From: Dehalococcoidia bacterium
GTDB lineage: Bacteria; Chloroflexota; Dehalococcoidia; UBA2979
Length of the DNA: 64,000 bases
Direction of reading: 5' to 3'
Assembly (NCBI GenBank): GCA_963667465.2
Contig: CAXXDN010000002.1
Coordinates: 160,001-224,000, forward strand
Below, piece by piece: positions 48,646 through 57,199 of the stretch (position 1 is the first letter of the stretch; the number at the start of each line of letters is the position of its first letter). The notes under the pieces were generated by a model. That model was not told the origin of the DNA. It saw nothing but the letters and a program-made list of their open reading frames with translations, and made no database searches. The position numbers and the translations under genes are program-made.

Positions 48646-49551
48646 TCAGGCCTCCTCGGCTTCGTCGGGATCCGCCTGCGAGGCGGCAAGCATCTTCTCG
48701 AGTTGTTGCGTGTGTGAGCGGTCGTGGGCCGCGATGCGGGCGATCCGGTCGCCGACGCGCACCGCGCCGCGATCGGCGTGGTCGCCGTAGGCGTCCAACT
48801 CGTCCTGCCCGAGCCCCTCGAGCCAGGCGAGCGTCTCCGCTCGCAGCGCGTCGAGGCGTTCGAGTTCCGTGCGGTCGCTGGCCGGACGCGCGCGGCCGGC
48901 GCGCTCCGCCTCGCCCTGCGCCGGGTTGAACGGCCGCCAGGTATGGCCGGGCGTCTCGAGCAACTCGCGCGCCTCGGAGGCGTAGTAGGCCTCGACTGTC
49001 GCGCAGTGCGTCAGCAAGTCCACCGGCGCCCAGTCGCCATCGAGGCTGACATCGCGCCAGGGCTCATCGAACGCAAGGTAGGCGGCGCGCAGCGCGTCGC
49101 GCGCCGTGATCAGCTCGGCCGTCAGATCCTCGGTGCTGGCGCTCTTCGGCAGCGCGCTCGCGTCCATCGGCAGGCCGCCCAGCCACTCGCGCACGCCCTC
49201 GGCGAGATCGATGCCGGCAGCCCCGCCGGGGGGCGCCCAGGCAGCATCGAGGAAGTCGGCGGGCGCATACTGCGGGTCGCCGCTCCAGGAGCTGCAGAGG
49301 AAGACGTTGGCGATTGCCATCGGCAGCGCGATCGAGTCGCTGAACTCCCTCCGGTCGGGCGACAGGCGGAGGCGGTCGCCGAGCAGCCGCGCCAGCGCCT
49401 GCTCGGCGGTCTCGTCGTCGGCGACGGGTTCCGAGGGCAGCGTCCAGCGGCTGCCCGCGCCGCTGCGCTCCTCGCGGGCGTGGCGCACGAGCAGCACGCG
49501 GCCGTCGCTGCGGCGCAGCGCGGCGGAGGCGACAAGCGGTTTGGGGTCCAT
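48646..49551 (-). CDS. Degenerate Nudix-fold + DinB-family fusion
   Basis: GRVLLVR..WTLP..E; C-domain W...DLLTH...AHDRSH..Q. Confidence 0.75.
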   Translation of the reverse strand: MDPKPLVASAALRRSDGRVLLVRHAREERSGAGSRWTLPSEPVADDETAEQALARLLGDRLRLSPDRREFSDSIALPMAIANVFLCSSWSGDPQYAPADFLDAAWAPPGGAAGIDLAEGVREWLGGLPMDASALPKSASTEDLTAELITARDALRAAYLAFDEPWRDVSLDGDWAPVDLLTHCATVEAYYASEARELLETPGHTWRPFNPAQGEAERAGRARPASDRTELERLDALRAETLAWLEGLGQDELDAYGDHADRGAVRVGDRIARIAAHDRSHTQQLEKMLAASQADPDEAEEA

Positions 49552-51041
49552 CAGTAGCCCAGGCTTCCCGAGGGCGTGCTGCCGCCCGCCCGCTCCTCGG
49601 CGTCGTCGATCGCAGCCATCAACGCGCGCGCCTTGTGCTGTGTCTCCTCGAACTCTCGCTGCGGATCGGAGTCGTAGACGATGCCGCCGCCGGCCTGCAC
49701 GTAGGCGACGCCGTCGCGCAGCAGCACGGTGCGAATCGTGATGCAGGTCTCGACGTTGCCTGAGAGGTCGAAGAAGCCGACCGCCCCCGCGTAGGGGCCG
49801 CGCTGGTCCGGCTCCAGCTCGGCGATGATCTCCATCGCGCGGATCTTGGGCGCGCCGGAGACCGTGCCCGCCGGGAAGGCCGAGCGCAGCGCGTCGTAGC
49901 CGCTCAGGCCCTCGCGCAGCTCGCCCTGCACGTGGCTCACGAGGTGCATGACGTGCGAGTAGAACTCGAGGTCGAAGCTCTGCGTCACCTCGACCGAGCC
50001 CGACTTCGAGACGCGCCCCACGTCGTTGCGCCCGAGGTCGAGCAGCATCACGTGCTCGGCGATCTCCTTCGGGTCGTTGCGCAGCTCCTCAGCCAGCCGC
50101 TCGTCCTCGGCGGGCGAACCGCTGCGCGGCCGGGTCCCGGCGATCGGGTGCACGTCGACGACGCCGTCCTCGACCTTCACCAGCAGCTCCGGCGAGGCGC
50201 CGATGATGGCGATGTCGTCGAACTGCAGGAGGTACATGTAGGGCGAGGGGTTGACCACGCGCAGCGAGCGGTACAGCTCGACCGGGTGCACGCCCGTCTC
50301 GCGCGAGAAGCGCTGCGCGATCACCGCCTGGATGATGTCGCCCTCGACGATGTACTGCTTCGTGCGTTCCACGGCCCGCAGGTAGTCCGCGTGCGCCCAG
50401 TTGGACCCGATCGGCTGCCTGGTCGGCCCGTCGAGCGGGGTGTAGGGCAGCACGGCGAGCGGGGCCTCGAGGCGCTCGGTGAGTCGCTCGATCTTCGCCT
50501 CCGCCGCGTCGTAGGCGGCGTCGACGTCACCATCGAGGCGGGCGAGCGAGATCACCTTGATCGTGTGCAGCACGTGGTCGAAGACCAGCAGCGTGTCGGT
50601 GAACATCAGCCATGACTCGGGCACGCCCAGCGCGTCCGTTTCCGGGCGCGGGATGCGCTCGAAGTGCCCGACGGTCTCGTAGCCGAGGTAGCCGACGGCG
50701 CCGCCGTGGAAGCGTGGCAGCCCCGGCGCCGGGACCGGCCGCAGCCCGGCGATCTCTTCCTCGATCACGCTGAGGGGGTCGCCGTCCTCGTGGTTGAGGG
50801 CGCTCACGCGGTACGGCTCGGTGCCGATGTAGGAGTAGCGCCCCATGCGCTCGCCGCCCTCGACGGATTCGAGCAGGAAGGAGTACTTGCCGCGGGCGAC
50901 CTTGAGGTAGGCGGAAACGGGCGTCTCCAGGTCGGCGCGCACCTCGCGGTAGATCGCCGCGATGTTGCCCTCCCCGGCGGCCGCGAGGCGGCGCAGTTCC
51001 TCGCGGCTGGGTGTGGTGCGGGTTGCGGTCGGTGTCGTCAT
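49551..51041 (-). CDS. trpE: Anthranilate synthase component I
   Basis: DLETPVS, LLESVEGG, NPSPYM, PIAGTRPR, EHVMLLDLGRND, GTVSGAPKIRAM. Confidence 0.97.
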   Translation of the reverse strand: MTTPTATRTTPSREELRRLAAAGEGNIAAIYREVRADLETPVSAYLKVARGKYSFLLESVEGGERMGRYSYIGTEPYRVSALNHEDGDPLSVIEEEIAGLRPVPAPGLPRFHGGAVGYLGYETVGHFERIPRPETDALGVPESWLMFTDTLLVFDHVLHTIKVISLARLDGDVDAAYDAAEAKIERLTERLEAPLAVLPYTPLDGPTRQPIGSNWAHADYLRAVERTKQYIVEGDIIQAVIAQRFSRETGVHPVELYRSLRVVNPSPYMYLLQFDDIAIIGASPELLVKVEDGVVDVHPIAGTRPRSGSPAEDERLAEELRNDPKEIAEHVMLLDLGRNDVGRVSKSGSVEVTQSFDLEFYSHVMHLVSHVQGELREGLSGYDALRSAFPAGTVSGAPKIRAMEIIAELEPDQRGPYAGAVGFFDLSGNVETCITIRTVLLRDGVAYVQAGGGIVYDSDPQREFEETQHKARALMAAIDDAEERAGGSTPSGSLGY

Positions 51042-51172
51042 CGTCGTGGTCCTGTTCGTGCGTTGCAGCGTTCCGTGCGTGCGGCGTACGGCCACCACCA
51101 GGCTCCGCCCCGGACGCCACAGAGGCGCGGCGCGGGCTGGTGCTGGTACGGCGCAGGGCTGCTGCGATGCAC
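51038..51172 (-). CDS. Putative trp leader peptide, 44 aa with WWW
   Basis: GAGGAGG SD (51186-51180), GTG 51172, TGG TGG TGG (51100-51092), TGA overlapping the trpE ATG. Confidence 0.75.
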   Translation of the reverse strand: MHRSSPAPYQHQPAPRLCGVRGGAWWWPYAARTERCNARTGPRR

Positions 51173-51215
51173 GATCGGTCCTCCTCGTTCCTCCGGGCAA
51201 CGTCCTCATGGGACG

Positions 51216-51246
51216 AAAAAGGACCACCGCCCTGGGGCGATGGTCC
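51216..51246 (-). terminator. T-box intrinsic terminator
   Basis: GGACCATCGCCC-ca-GGGCGGTGGTCC followed by TTTTT. Confidence 0.9.
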
Positions 51247-51557
51247 TCGCGGCGCCACCCAAGTTCCGCGCGCCGGCAGGCCTCGAGGCCCGCGGCTCGC
51301 GCTCATTCAAGGCACGGCCACCCGGCTGCCCCGGACGCGGGGCGTGGCGGCGATACCCTGGGCCTGGATAACGGCGCCCACACCGTCGGCGCCTACTTGC
51401 CCCACCATCGGGTCGATTGGGGACGTTCGGGCCGAGACTCCCGGGTCCATTCCGCCGCTGCTGTCGGGCGCCGGGCTTCCACCTTGCCCCGGCTCTCTGG
51501 GCCCCGCGTGGCGGCGTACTACTCCCGTTCCGCGTCGCTCTCTGTACGCTGCGACCG
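51216..51557 (-). ncRNA. T-box riboswitch, Trp specifier
   Basis: GGGAGTAGTA, CAGAGAG, GGTGGAA, specifier GAA-TGG, S-turn GAAC/AGTA, CCGTTA, T-box AACTTGGGTGGCGCCGCG (51265-51248). Confidence 0.93.
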
Positions 51558-51563
51558 TGATCG

Positions 51564-51593
51564 AGGCTACGGCTGGCCGCGGCGGAGTGTCAA
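51564..51593 (-). promoter_or_regulatory. sigma70-type promoter of the trp leader
   Basis: TTGACA-18 nt-TAGCCT immediately upstream of the T-box. Confidence 0.8.
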
Positions 51594-51603
51594 CGAGCCT
51601 CGG

Positions 51604-52197
51604 CTACGCCTCCACCGCGCGCCGCCCGGGGCGCGCGCGCTCGCGGGCGACCCAGTCGCGGACGCGGGCGACCGTGCCAGCGAGGTCGCCCTCGACGTTG
51701 ACGATGACGGCGTCGAAGGCGTCCTGTTGCTCCAGTTCGGCGCGGGCGCTGGCGAGGCGGCGTGCGAGTTCGGTGGGGTCCGTGCCGCGCTCGCGCAGGC
51801 GCTGCTCGATCTGCCCCAGGCTCTCGGGGGCGATGAAGAGCAGCCGCGCCTCCGCGATCGCCTCGCGGATCGCGATCGCGCCCTGTACGTCCACCTGCAG
51901 CAGCACGTCGCGCCCGCTGGCGAGGGCGGCCCGCAGCTGTGCGCGCGGCGTGCCGTAGAGGCGGCCGTGTACCTCGGCATGCTCGACCAGCTCGCCGGAG
52001 CGGATGGCGGCCTCGAACGCCTCGGCGGCGGCGAAGACGTAGTGGACCCCGTCGATCTCGCCGAGGCGCGGCGGGCGCGTCGTCATCGTGACGGGGCGGG
52101 CGAACTCGTCGCCTAGGAGCAGCGCGCTCATCAGCGCGTCCTTGCCGACGCCCGACGGCCCCGAGATCACGGCGAGGAGCGGTGGTGGAGTCGACAA
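51604..52197 (-). CDS. gmk: Guanylate kinase
   Basis: ISGPSGVGK, TTRPPR.GEIDGVHYVF, YGTP, DVQGA; TTG start inferred. Confidence 0.93.
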   Translation of the reverse strand: MSTPPPLLAVISGPSGVGKDALMSALLLGDEFARPVTMTTRPPRLGEIDGVHYVFAAAEAFEAAIRSGELVEHAEVHGRLYGTPRAQLRAALASGRDVLLQVDVQGAIAIREAIAEARLLFIAPESLGQIEQRLRERGTDPTELARRLASARAELEQQDAFDAVIVNVEGDLAGTVARVRDWVARERARPGRRAVEA

Positions 52198-52208
52198 CGC
52201 CGCGCGCC

Positions 52209-53498
52209 CTACGCCGAACCGAGCCGCTCGAGGTCCGACCAGAACGCGGGGTAGGAGACGGCGACCGCGTCCGCGCCGTCGATCTCCGATTCGCCCTCGG
52301 CGATCAGCGCGCCGGCCGCGCCGAGCATCGCGAGGCGGTGGTCGCCCGCCGCCTCGACGCGCCCGCCGCGCAGCCTCGCGCCACCCCCGACAGCGAGACC
52401 GTCGGCGCGCTCCTGGACCTCGGCGCCGAGGGCGCGCAGCGCCGCCGCCGTGGTGGCGACGCGGTCGGATTCCTTGACGCGCAGCTCGGCGGCGCCGGCG
52501 ATCACCGTCTCGCCCTCGGCGACCGCGCCAGCCAGCGCGAGCAGCGGTAGCTCGTCGATCGCGCGCGGGATGACGGCGCCCTCGATGCGCACGCCGCGCA
52601 GCGCGGCGGAGCGCACGCGCAGGTCGGCGACAGGCTCGCCGCCGACGGAGCGCGACTCGAGCTCCTCGATGTCCGCGCCCATCTCGCGCAGCACGTCGAG
52701 GACGCCGGCGCGCGTGGGGTTGAGGCCTACGCCCGTGAGCAGCACGTCGGCGTCGGGGTGCAGCGTGGCGGCGACGATCCAGACCGCGGCCGTGGAGATG
52801 TCGCCGGGGACGCGCACGTCGATCGCCTGCAGATCGCCGGCGGGCGGCGTGAGCCTGACTGTTGCGTCCTCGACGGCGACGTCCGCCCCCATCGCGGCCA
52901 GCATGCGCTCGCTGTGGTCGCGCGAGCGCGAGGGTTCGGCGACGGTCGTCGCGCCCTCGGCGGCCAGCCCGGCGAGCAGGATTGCGGACTTGACCTGCGC
53001 AGAGGCGACCGGCGTCTCGATGCGCTGGCCACCGGCGATCGCGCCGCCCTCGATGATCAGCGGTGGGAGCGTCCCGCCCGCGCGGGCGGTGATGCGCGCG
53101 CCGAGCGTGCTCAGCGGCTGCACGATGCGGCCCATCGGGCGGCTGCGCAGGGAGCCGTCGCCAGTCAGCACCGAGAGAAACGGGAACCCCGCGAGCAGGC
53201 CGCTCAGCAGCCGGATCGTCGTGCCCGAGTTCCCGCAGTCGAGCACGTCGGACGCCTCGTGGAGCCCCGCCCGGCCCCGGCCACGGACCACGAGCGCGTC
53301 CTCGGCAACCTGCTCGATCTCCGCGCCCAACGCGCGCATGCACTCGAGGGTCGAACGCGTATCGGCTGCATCGAGGAACCCGTCGATGCGCGCCTCGCCC
53401 CCGGCGGCGGCGTTGAGCATCAGCGCGCGATGGGTGATGGACTTGTCGCCGGGGATGTCGACCTTGCCGCGCAGCCGCGCGGGCGCTGTGACTCGCAT
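52209..53498 (-). CDS. aroA: EPSP synthase
   Basis: PGDKSITHRA, DCGNSGTT, ASAQVKS, LRVKESDR, DHRLAM. Confidence 0.97.
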   Translation of the reverse strand: MRVTAPARLRGKVDIPGDKSITHRALMLNAAAGGEARIDGFLDAADTRSTLECMRALGAEIEQVAEDALVVRGRGRAGLHEASDVLDCGNSGTTIRLLSGLLAGFPFLSVLTGDGSLRSRPMGRIVQPLSTLGARITARAGGTLPPLIIEGGAIAGGQRIETPVASAQVKSAILLAGLAAEGATTVAEPSRSRDHSERMLAAMGADVAVEDATVRLTPPAGDLQAIDVRVPGDISTAAVWIVAATLHPDADVLLTGVGLNPTRAGVLDVLREMGADIEELESRSVGGEPVADLRVRSAALRGVRIEGAVIPRAIDELPLLALAGAVAEGETVIAGAAELRVKESDRVATTAAALRALGAEVQERADGLAVGGGARLRGGRVEAAGDHRLAMLGAAGALIAEGESEIDGADAVAVSYPAFWSDLERLGSA

Positions 53499-53508
53499 CG
53501 CCTGCGGG

Positions 53509-54537
53509 CTAGCGACGACCCATGAAGCGCCGGCGTCGGCGGGTCTGCGTGTCCTCGTCGCTCTCGTCGGTCATCTGGCGCAGGCGCTCGGCGAGCGCAC
53601 CGCCGAGGAACATGTCGGTCATCCCGGGAATAGGGATACCGGGGCCCTTCTGGTCGATCTCGACACGCCCGATCTGGCCGTCGTGGAAGGCGATGTGGTC
53701 GATGTTCAGCTGCGCCAGGTGGCGCAGGAACTCCTCGTCCCGATCCGGGTCGGTGATCATGTCCTCGAGGTCGTAGAGGGCGCCGCGCAGGCGCTGCAGC
53801 CAGTGGACCACCTGCTCGCGGTTGGTGACGGCGATGTCGTGCGCCATCAACTCGTCGGTGCCGGCGAGGCGGGTGGTGTCCTTGAAGCCACTGGAGGCCA
53901 GGAGCGACATCTCCGGCCACGCCTCGGAGTCTCGCACCAGGCGGAAGAGCGCGCTCGCGGCGAACATCGGCAGGTGCGAGATCGCGGCGGCGTAGGCGTC
54001 GTGCTCCGCTGCGTCCATGAACATCGGCTTCGCGCCCAGCGCCGTCGCGAGGCCGGAGATCGTCTCGACGGCGTCGCTGGAGGCCGAGCGTGAGGGCACG
54101 ACGACCCAGCGCGCGTTCTGGAACAGCGTCGCCTCGGCGGCGGCGGGCCCGAAGTCCGTCTTGCCCGCCATCGGGTGCCCGCCGACGAAGTTGACCGAGT
54201 TCGGCAGCAGCTCCTCGGCCCAGCGCAGCACCTGTGCCTTCGTCGAGCAGGTGTCGGTGACGATCGTTCCCGTGGTGAGGGCGGACGCGATCTCCTCCAT
54301 CACCTCTCGCGTTGCGAGCACCGGCGTGCTGATCACCACCAGCGCGGCGCCCTGCACGGCGTCGCGGAGGCTGCTCGCGCGACGGTCGATCGCGTCACGG
54401 CGCTCCGCCGCGCGCTCTCGCTCGCGGCTCGTGTCGAAGCCGACGATCTCGATGTCCTCCGTGCCTTCGGCTGCCTTCAGCCCGAGGCCGATCGAGGCCC
54501 CGATCAGGCCGGTACCGATGATGGCCAGCTGTGTCAT
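53509..54537 (-). CDS. tyrA: Prephenate/arogenate dehydrogenase
   Basis: IIGTGLIGAS, D..STK, GGHPMAG, HD...A.ISHLP, GFKDTTRLA. Confidence 0.93.
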   Translation of the reverse strand: MTQLAIIGTGLIGASIGLGLKAAEGTEDIEIVGFDTSRERERAAERRDAIDRRASSLRDAVQGAALVVISTPVLATREVMEEIASALTTGTIVTDTCSTKAQVLRWAEELLPNSVNFVGGHPMAGKTDFGPAAAEATLFQNARWVVVPSRSASSDAVETISGLATALGAKPMFMDAAEHDAYAAAISHLPMFAASALFRLVRDSEAWPEMSLLASSGFKDTTRLAGTDELMAHDIAVTNREQVVHWLQRLRGALYDLEDMITDPDRDEEFLRHLAQLNIDHIAFHDGQIGRVEIDQKGPGIPIPGMTDMFLGGALAERLRQMTDESDEDTQTRRRRRFMGRR

Positions 54538-54637
54538 ATGCACCGTGCCCGTTCGTGCATCGGCAGCGCGGAGCGCCGCCGTTTCGGCCCGTCTCGATGG
54601 TAGCACGGGAGCCCCGGCCGGCCTCGGCGCCACCCCG

Positions 54638-55150
54638 TCAGACTACCCGGTCGGCCTCCATCAGCCGGGCCAGCTCGCGGTCGTCGCCGGGCGAGGCGTC
54701 GTGGTGGCGGCGGACCAGCTCGCAGACGCGCGGCGGGCAGCCGATCGCGACGAGCCTCCTGGCCCCTCGCGCCGGGTGATCGCGCAGGGCGGCGAGGGCG
54801 CGCGCCAGCCGTCCGCCCTCGGGGTCGGCGAGGCGCTCGTGCAGCCCCGGCGCGAACTGCAGCAGCAGCACGTGGAGGATGCGCTCGTGCGCGTGCAGCG
54901 CGCCCTTGCCCGTGTTGTGCAGCAGCGCGGCGACCAGCAGCTCGTGGGAGGGAGAGGCGTTGACGCGCAGCCAGGCCAGCACGTCGAGGGCGTGCCGCCG
55001 CTCGCGGCCCGGGAGTGTCTCGAACAGGCGCAGCTCGGCGGGGCGGAGCAGCTCGCGCACGGCGCGCTCCTCGGCGGGGGTGAGCGAGCTGCGGAGGCCT
55101 CGGAAGAAGCGCCGCGCGTGCCGTGCGAGGTCCGTAGCGGCGGCCAGCAC
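54638..55150 (-). CDS. HD-like domain protein (HN variant)
   Basis: RHALDV..ALLHNTGK..HP..GA..RRHH..AD. Confidence 0.7.
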   Translation of the reverse strand: MLAAATDLARHARRFFRGLRSSLTPAEERAVRELLRPAELRLFETLPGRERRHALDVLAWLRVNASPSHELLVAALLHNTGKGALHAHERILHVLLLQFAPGLHERLADPEGGRLARALAALRDHPARGARRLVAIGCPPRVCELVRRHHDASPGDDRELARLMEADRVV

Positions 55151-55156
55151 GCGCGA

Positions 55157-55894
55157 TCAGACCAGCCGCACCCGGGTGTCGCCGGCGAACAGTTGCAGCA
55201 GGAAGTCGCGCGGCGGCCCCATCGCCTCGAACAGCCACGCCGGGCCCCCCAGGAAGGGGAGGATGATCAGCACCATAAGGATGCCGGGACACCATGGCTC
55301 CAGCTTCGAGAACTGCGTTGCGATCGGGCGCGGCAGCAGCCCGGTCACCACGCGGAAGCCATCGAGCGGCGCGAGCGGCACGAGGTTGAAGATCGCGAGG
55401 ATCACGTTCAGCAGCACGATCGTCCCGAGGAACAGCCCGACCAGGTTCTCCGGTGACTCGGTCCAGACCTGCGCGGCAAACTCGGCCAGCGAGGGCGCAA
55501 CGAAGGGATGGAAGAATGGCACCCAGCCGAGCTTGATCGGCAGGCCGGCAATCGCGGCGACGATCAGGTTCGTCACCGGCCCGGCGACGGCGATCGTCGC
55601 CATGTTCAGCTTCACATTGCCCGAGGTGTTGAACGGGTTCACCGGCACCGGGCGGGCCCAGCCGAAGCCGGCGAGGAAGATCAACGCCGCGCCCAGCGGG
55701 TCCAGATGTCGCTTCGGGTTGAGCGAGAGCCGCCCGAACGAGCGCGGCGTGCGGTCCCCGAGCGAGTCCGCGACGTAGGCGTGAGCGACCTCGTGCAGCA
55801 CCAGGCCAACCAGCAGCGAGGCGCCGAATGCAGCGATCAGGATGACGAAGGCGAGCGGCGCATCATCAAGCACCGCCAGGTAGCGAAGTATCAC
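55157..55894 (-). CDS. M50 site-2 protease
   Basis: HEVAH, GRLSLNP..HLDP, GWARPVP, AGP..N, FNLVPLAPLDG; TGcTACGCT 6 nt upstream of the GTG. Confidence 0.93.
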   Translation of the reverse strand: MILRYLAVLDDAPLAFVILIAAFGASLLVGLVLHEVAHAYVADSLGDRTPRSFGRLSLNPKRHLDPLGAALIFLAGFGWARPVPVNPFNTSGNVKLNMATIAVAGPVTNLIVAAIAGLPIKLGWVPFFHPFVAPSLAEFAAQVWTESPENLVGLFLGTIVLLNVILAIFNLVPLAPLDGFRVVTGLLPRPIATQFSKLEPWCPGILMVLIILPFLGGPAWLFEAMGPPRDFLLQLFAGDTRVRLV

Positions 55895-56071
55895 GGGCAC
55901 AGCGTAGCAGGGGTCACCGCAGAGCGCCCTCGGCGTGGCGTCGAGGCACGCCTGCCGGCGCGCGCGTTGACACGGCGTGACGGCGGTCCATATCGTGATT
56001 CGGGCCCACAGGCGACTGTGGCTCACTCCGGCGGGGGCCGAATTCCCGGGAAGCCCGAGGGCGCTTTGACC

Positions 56072-57199
56072 ATGCCCCGCCGTGTCCTGCCGCTGCTGGC
56101 GCTGCTCGCGCCGCTTGCCCTGGCCGTCGCCGTTGCGTGCGACTCCGGGGACGGCGAGCCGGCCGTGCCCCCTGCCGAGGCGCGGCTCGTCTTCGCCGAG
56201 TTCGGCCCTGGCGAGGACCGCATCTACGTGGCGCCGGCCGGCGACCTTGGTGCGCGCGAATTGCTCGCGAGCGTCCCGCACGCGCAGGGCTGGGGGCTGA
56301 CGCCGGCCACGGAGCTGGCCGGCTCGCTGATTGCCTTCGTTGCGCTCCCGCCCGAGGCCGAGCCTCGCCGCGACTCGCCCGCGGAGCTGTGGCTGCTGGA
56401 CGCCGCCAGCGGCGAACTGACGCGCCTCGCCGGCGACGCCGATCTGCTCGTGCCACCCGTCTTCGACCGCGAGGGGCGCTACCTCGTCTATCGCAGCAGC
56501 GACGGCAGCGACCGGATGCAGGCGCTGGTGCGCGTCGACCTCGCAACGCGCGAGCGACGGACCGTGCGCAAGCTGACGACGCGATTCGGGATCCTGCCCG
56601 TGGCCGTCCCGGCGGACGGAGGCGCGGTCTACGCGGAGTTCTCCAATGGCGGCACGGACCTCTACCGCGTCGGCGGCGACAGCGAGGGCGACGCCACGCT
56701 CCTGCTTCACGCCTCCGATCACATCGCGAGCGGCTGGCGGCTCTCGCCGGACGGGCGCACGCTCTCCTACCTGGCCCCGCGGATCGAGGCCGAGCGCGTC
56801 GTGCAGCGCCTCCACGTCACGCCGCTCGACGGCGCGGGCGAGCCGCGGATCGAGGCGGCAGCCGGCTTCGTTGGCGATCAGTTCTCACCCGTCTGGACGC
56901 CCACGGGCGACGGGATCACGTTCGGGCAGGAGCCCGGCTTCCTGGCGGGGGTAGCCCCGCTCACGCTTCGCCTCGAGGGCGAAGCCGAGCCGGAGGCGTT
57001 GACCGCGCCGGAGCAGGGCTTCGACACGCCGCTCGGCTGGAGCGGTGACGGTCGCTATCTGGCGACGCGCAGCTTCGACGGGCGCGACGCCTACGAGCCG
57101 GGCCGCGAGTCGCTGGTGGTGATCGCGAGCGCGGGCGGCCGGACGACCGTGCTGGCGGATTTCGAGCTGATCTTCATCGGCTGGCTGATCGATGCCTGA
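56072..57199 (+). CDS. TolB-like beta-propeller lipoprotein
   Basis: Lipobox AVAC; blade motifs FDREGRYLVY, LSPDGRTLSY, WTPTGD, WSGDGRYL. Confidence 0.8.
   Translation: MPRRVLPLLALLAPLALAVAVACDSGDGEPAVPPAEARLVFAEFGPGEDRIYVAPAGDLGARELLASVPHAQGWGLTPATELAGSLIAFVALPPEAEPRRDSPAELWLLDAASGELTRLAGDADLLVPPVFDREGRYLVYRSSDGSDRMQALVRVDLATRERRTVRKLTTRFGILPVAVPADGGAVYAEFSNGGTDLYRVGGDSEGDATLLLHASDHIASGWRLSPDGRTLSYLAPRIEAERVVQRLHVTPLDGAGEPRIEAAAGFVGDQFSPVWTPTGDGITFGQEPGFLAGVAPLTLRLEGEAEPEALTAPEQGFDTPLGWSGDGRYLATRSFDGRDAYEPGRESLVVIASAGGRTTVLADFELIFIGWLIDA

Noticed and set aside
49551-51227. N-terminally extended TrpE from the ORF track
   Set aside because: The extension begins inside the T-box terminator and is not TrpE-like; ATG 51041 with the coupled leader ORF fits better
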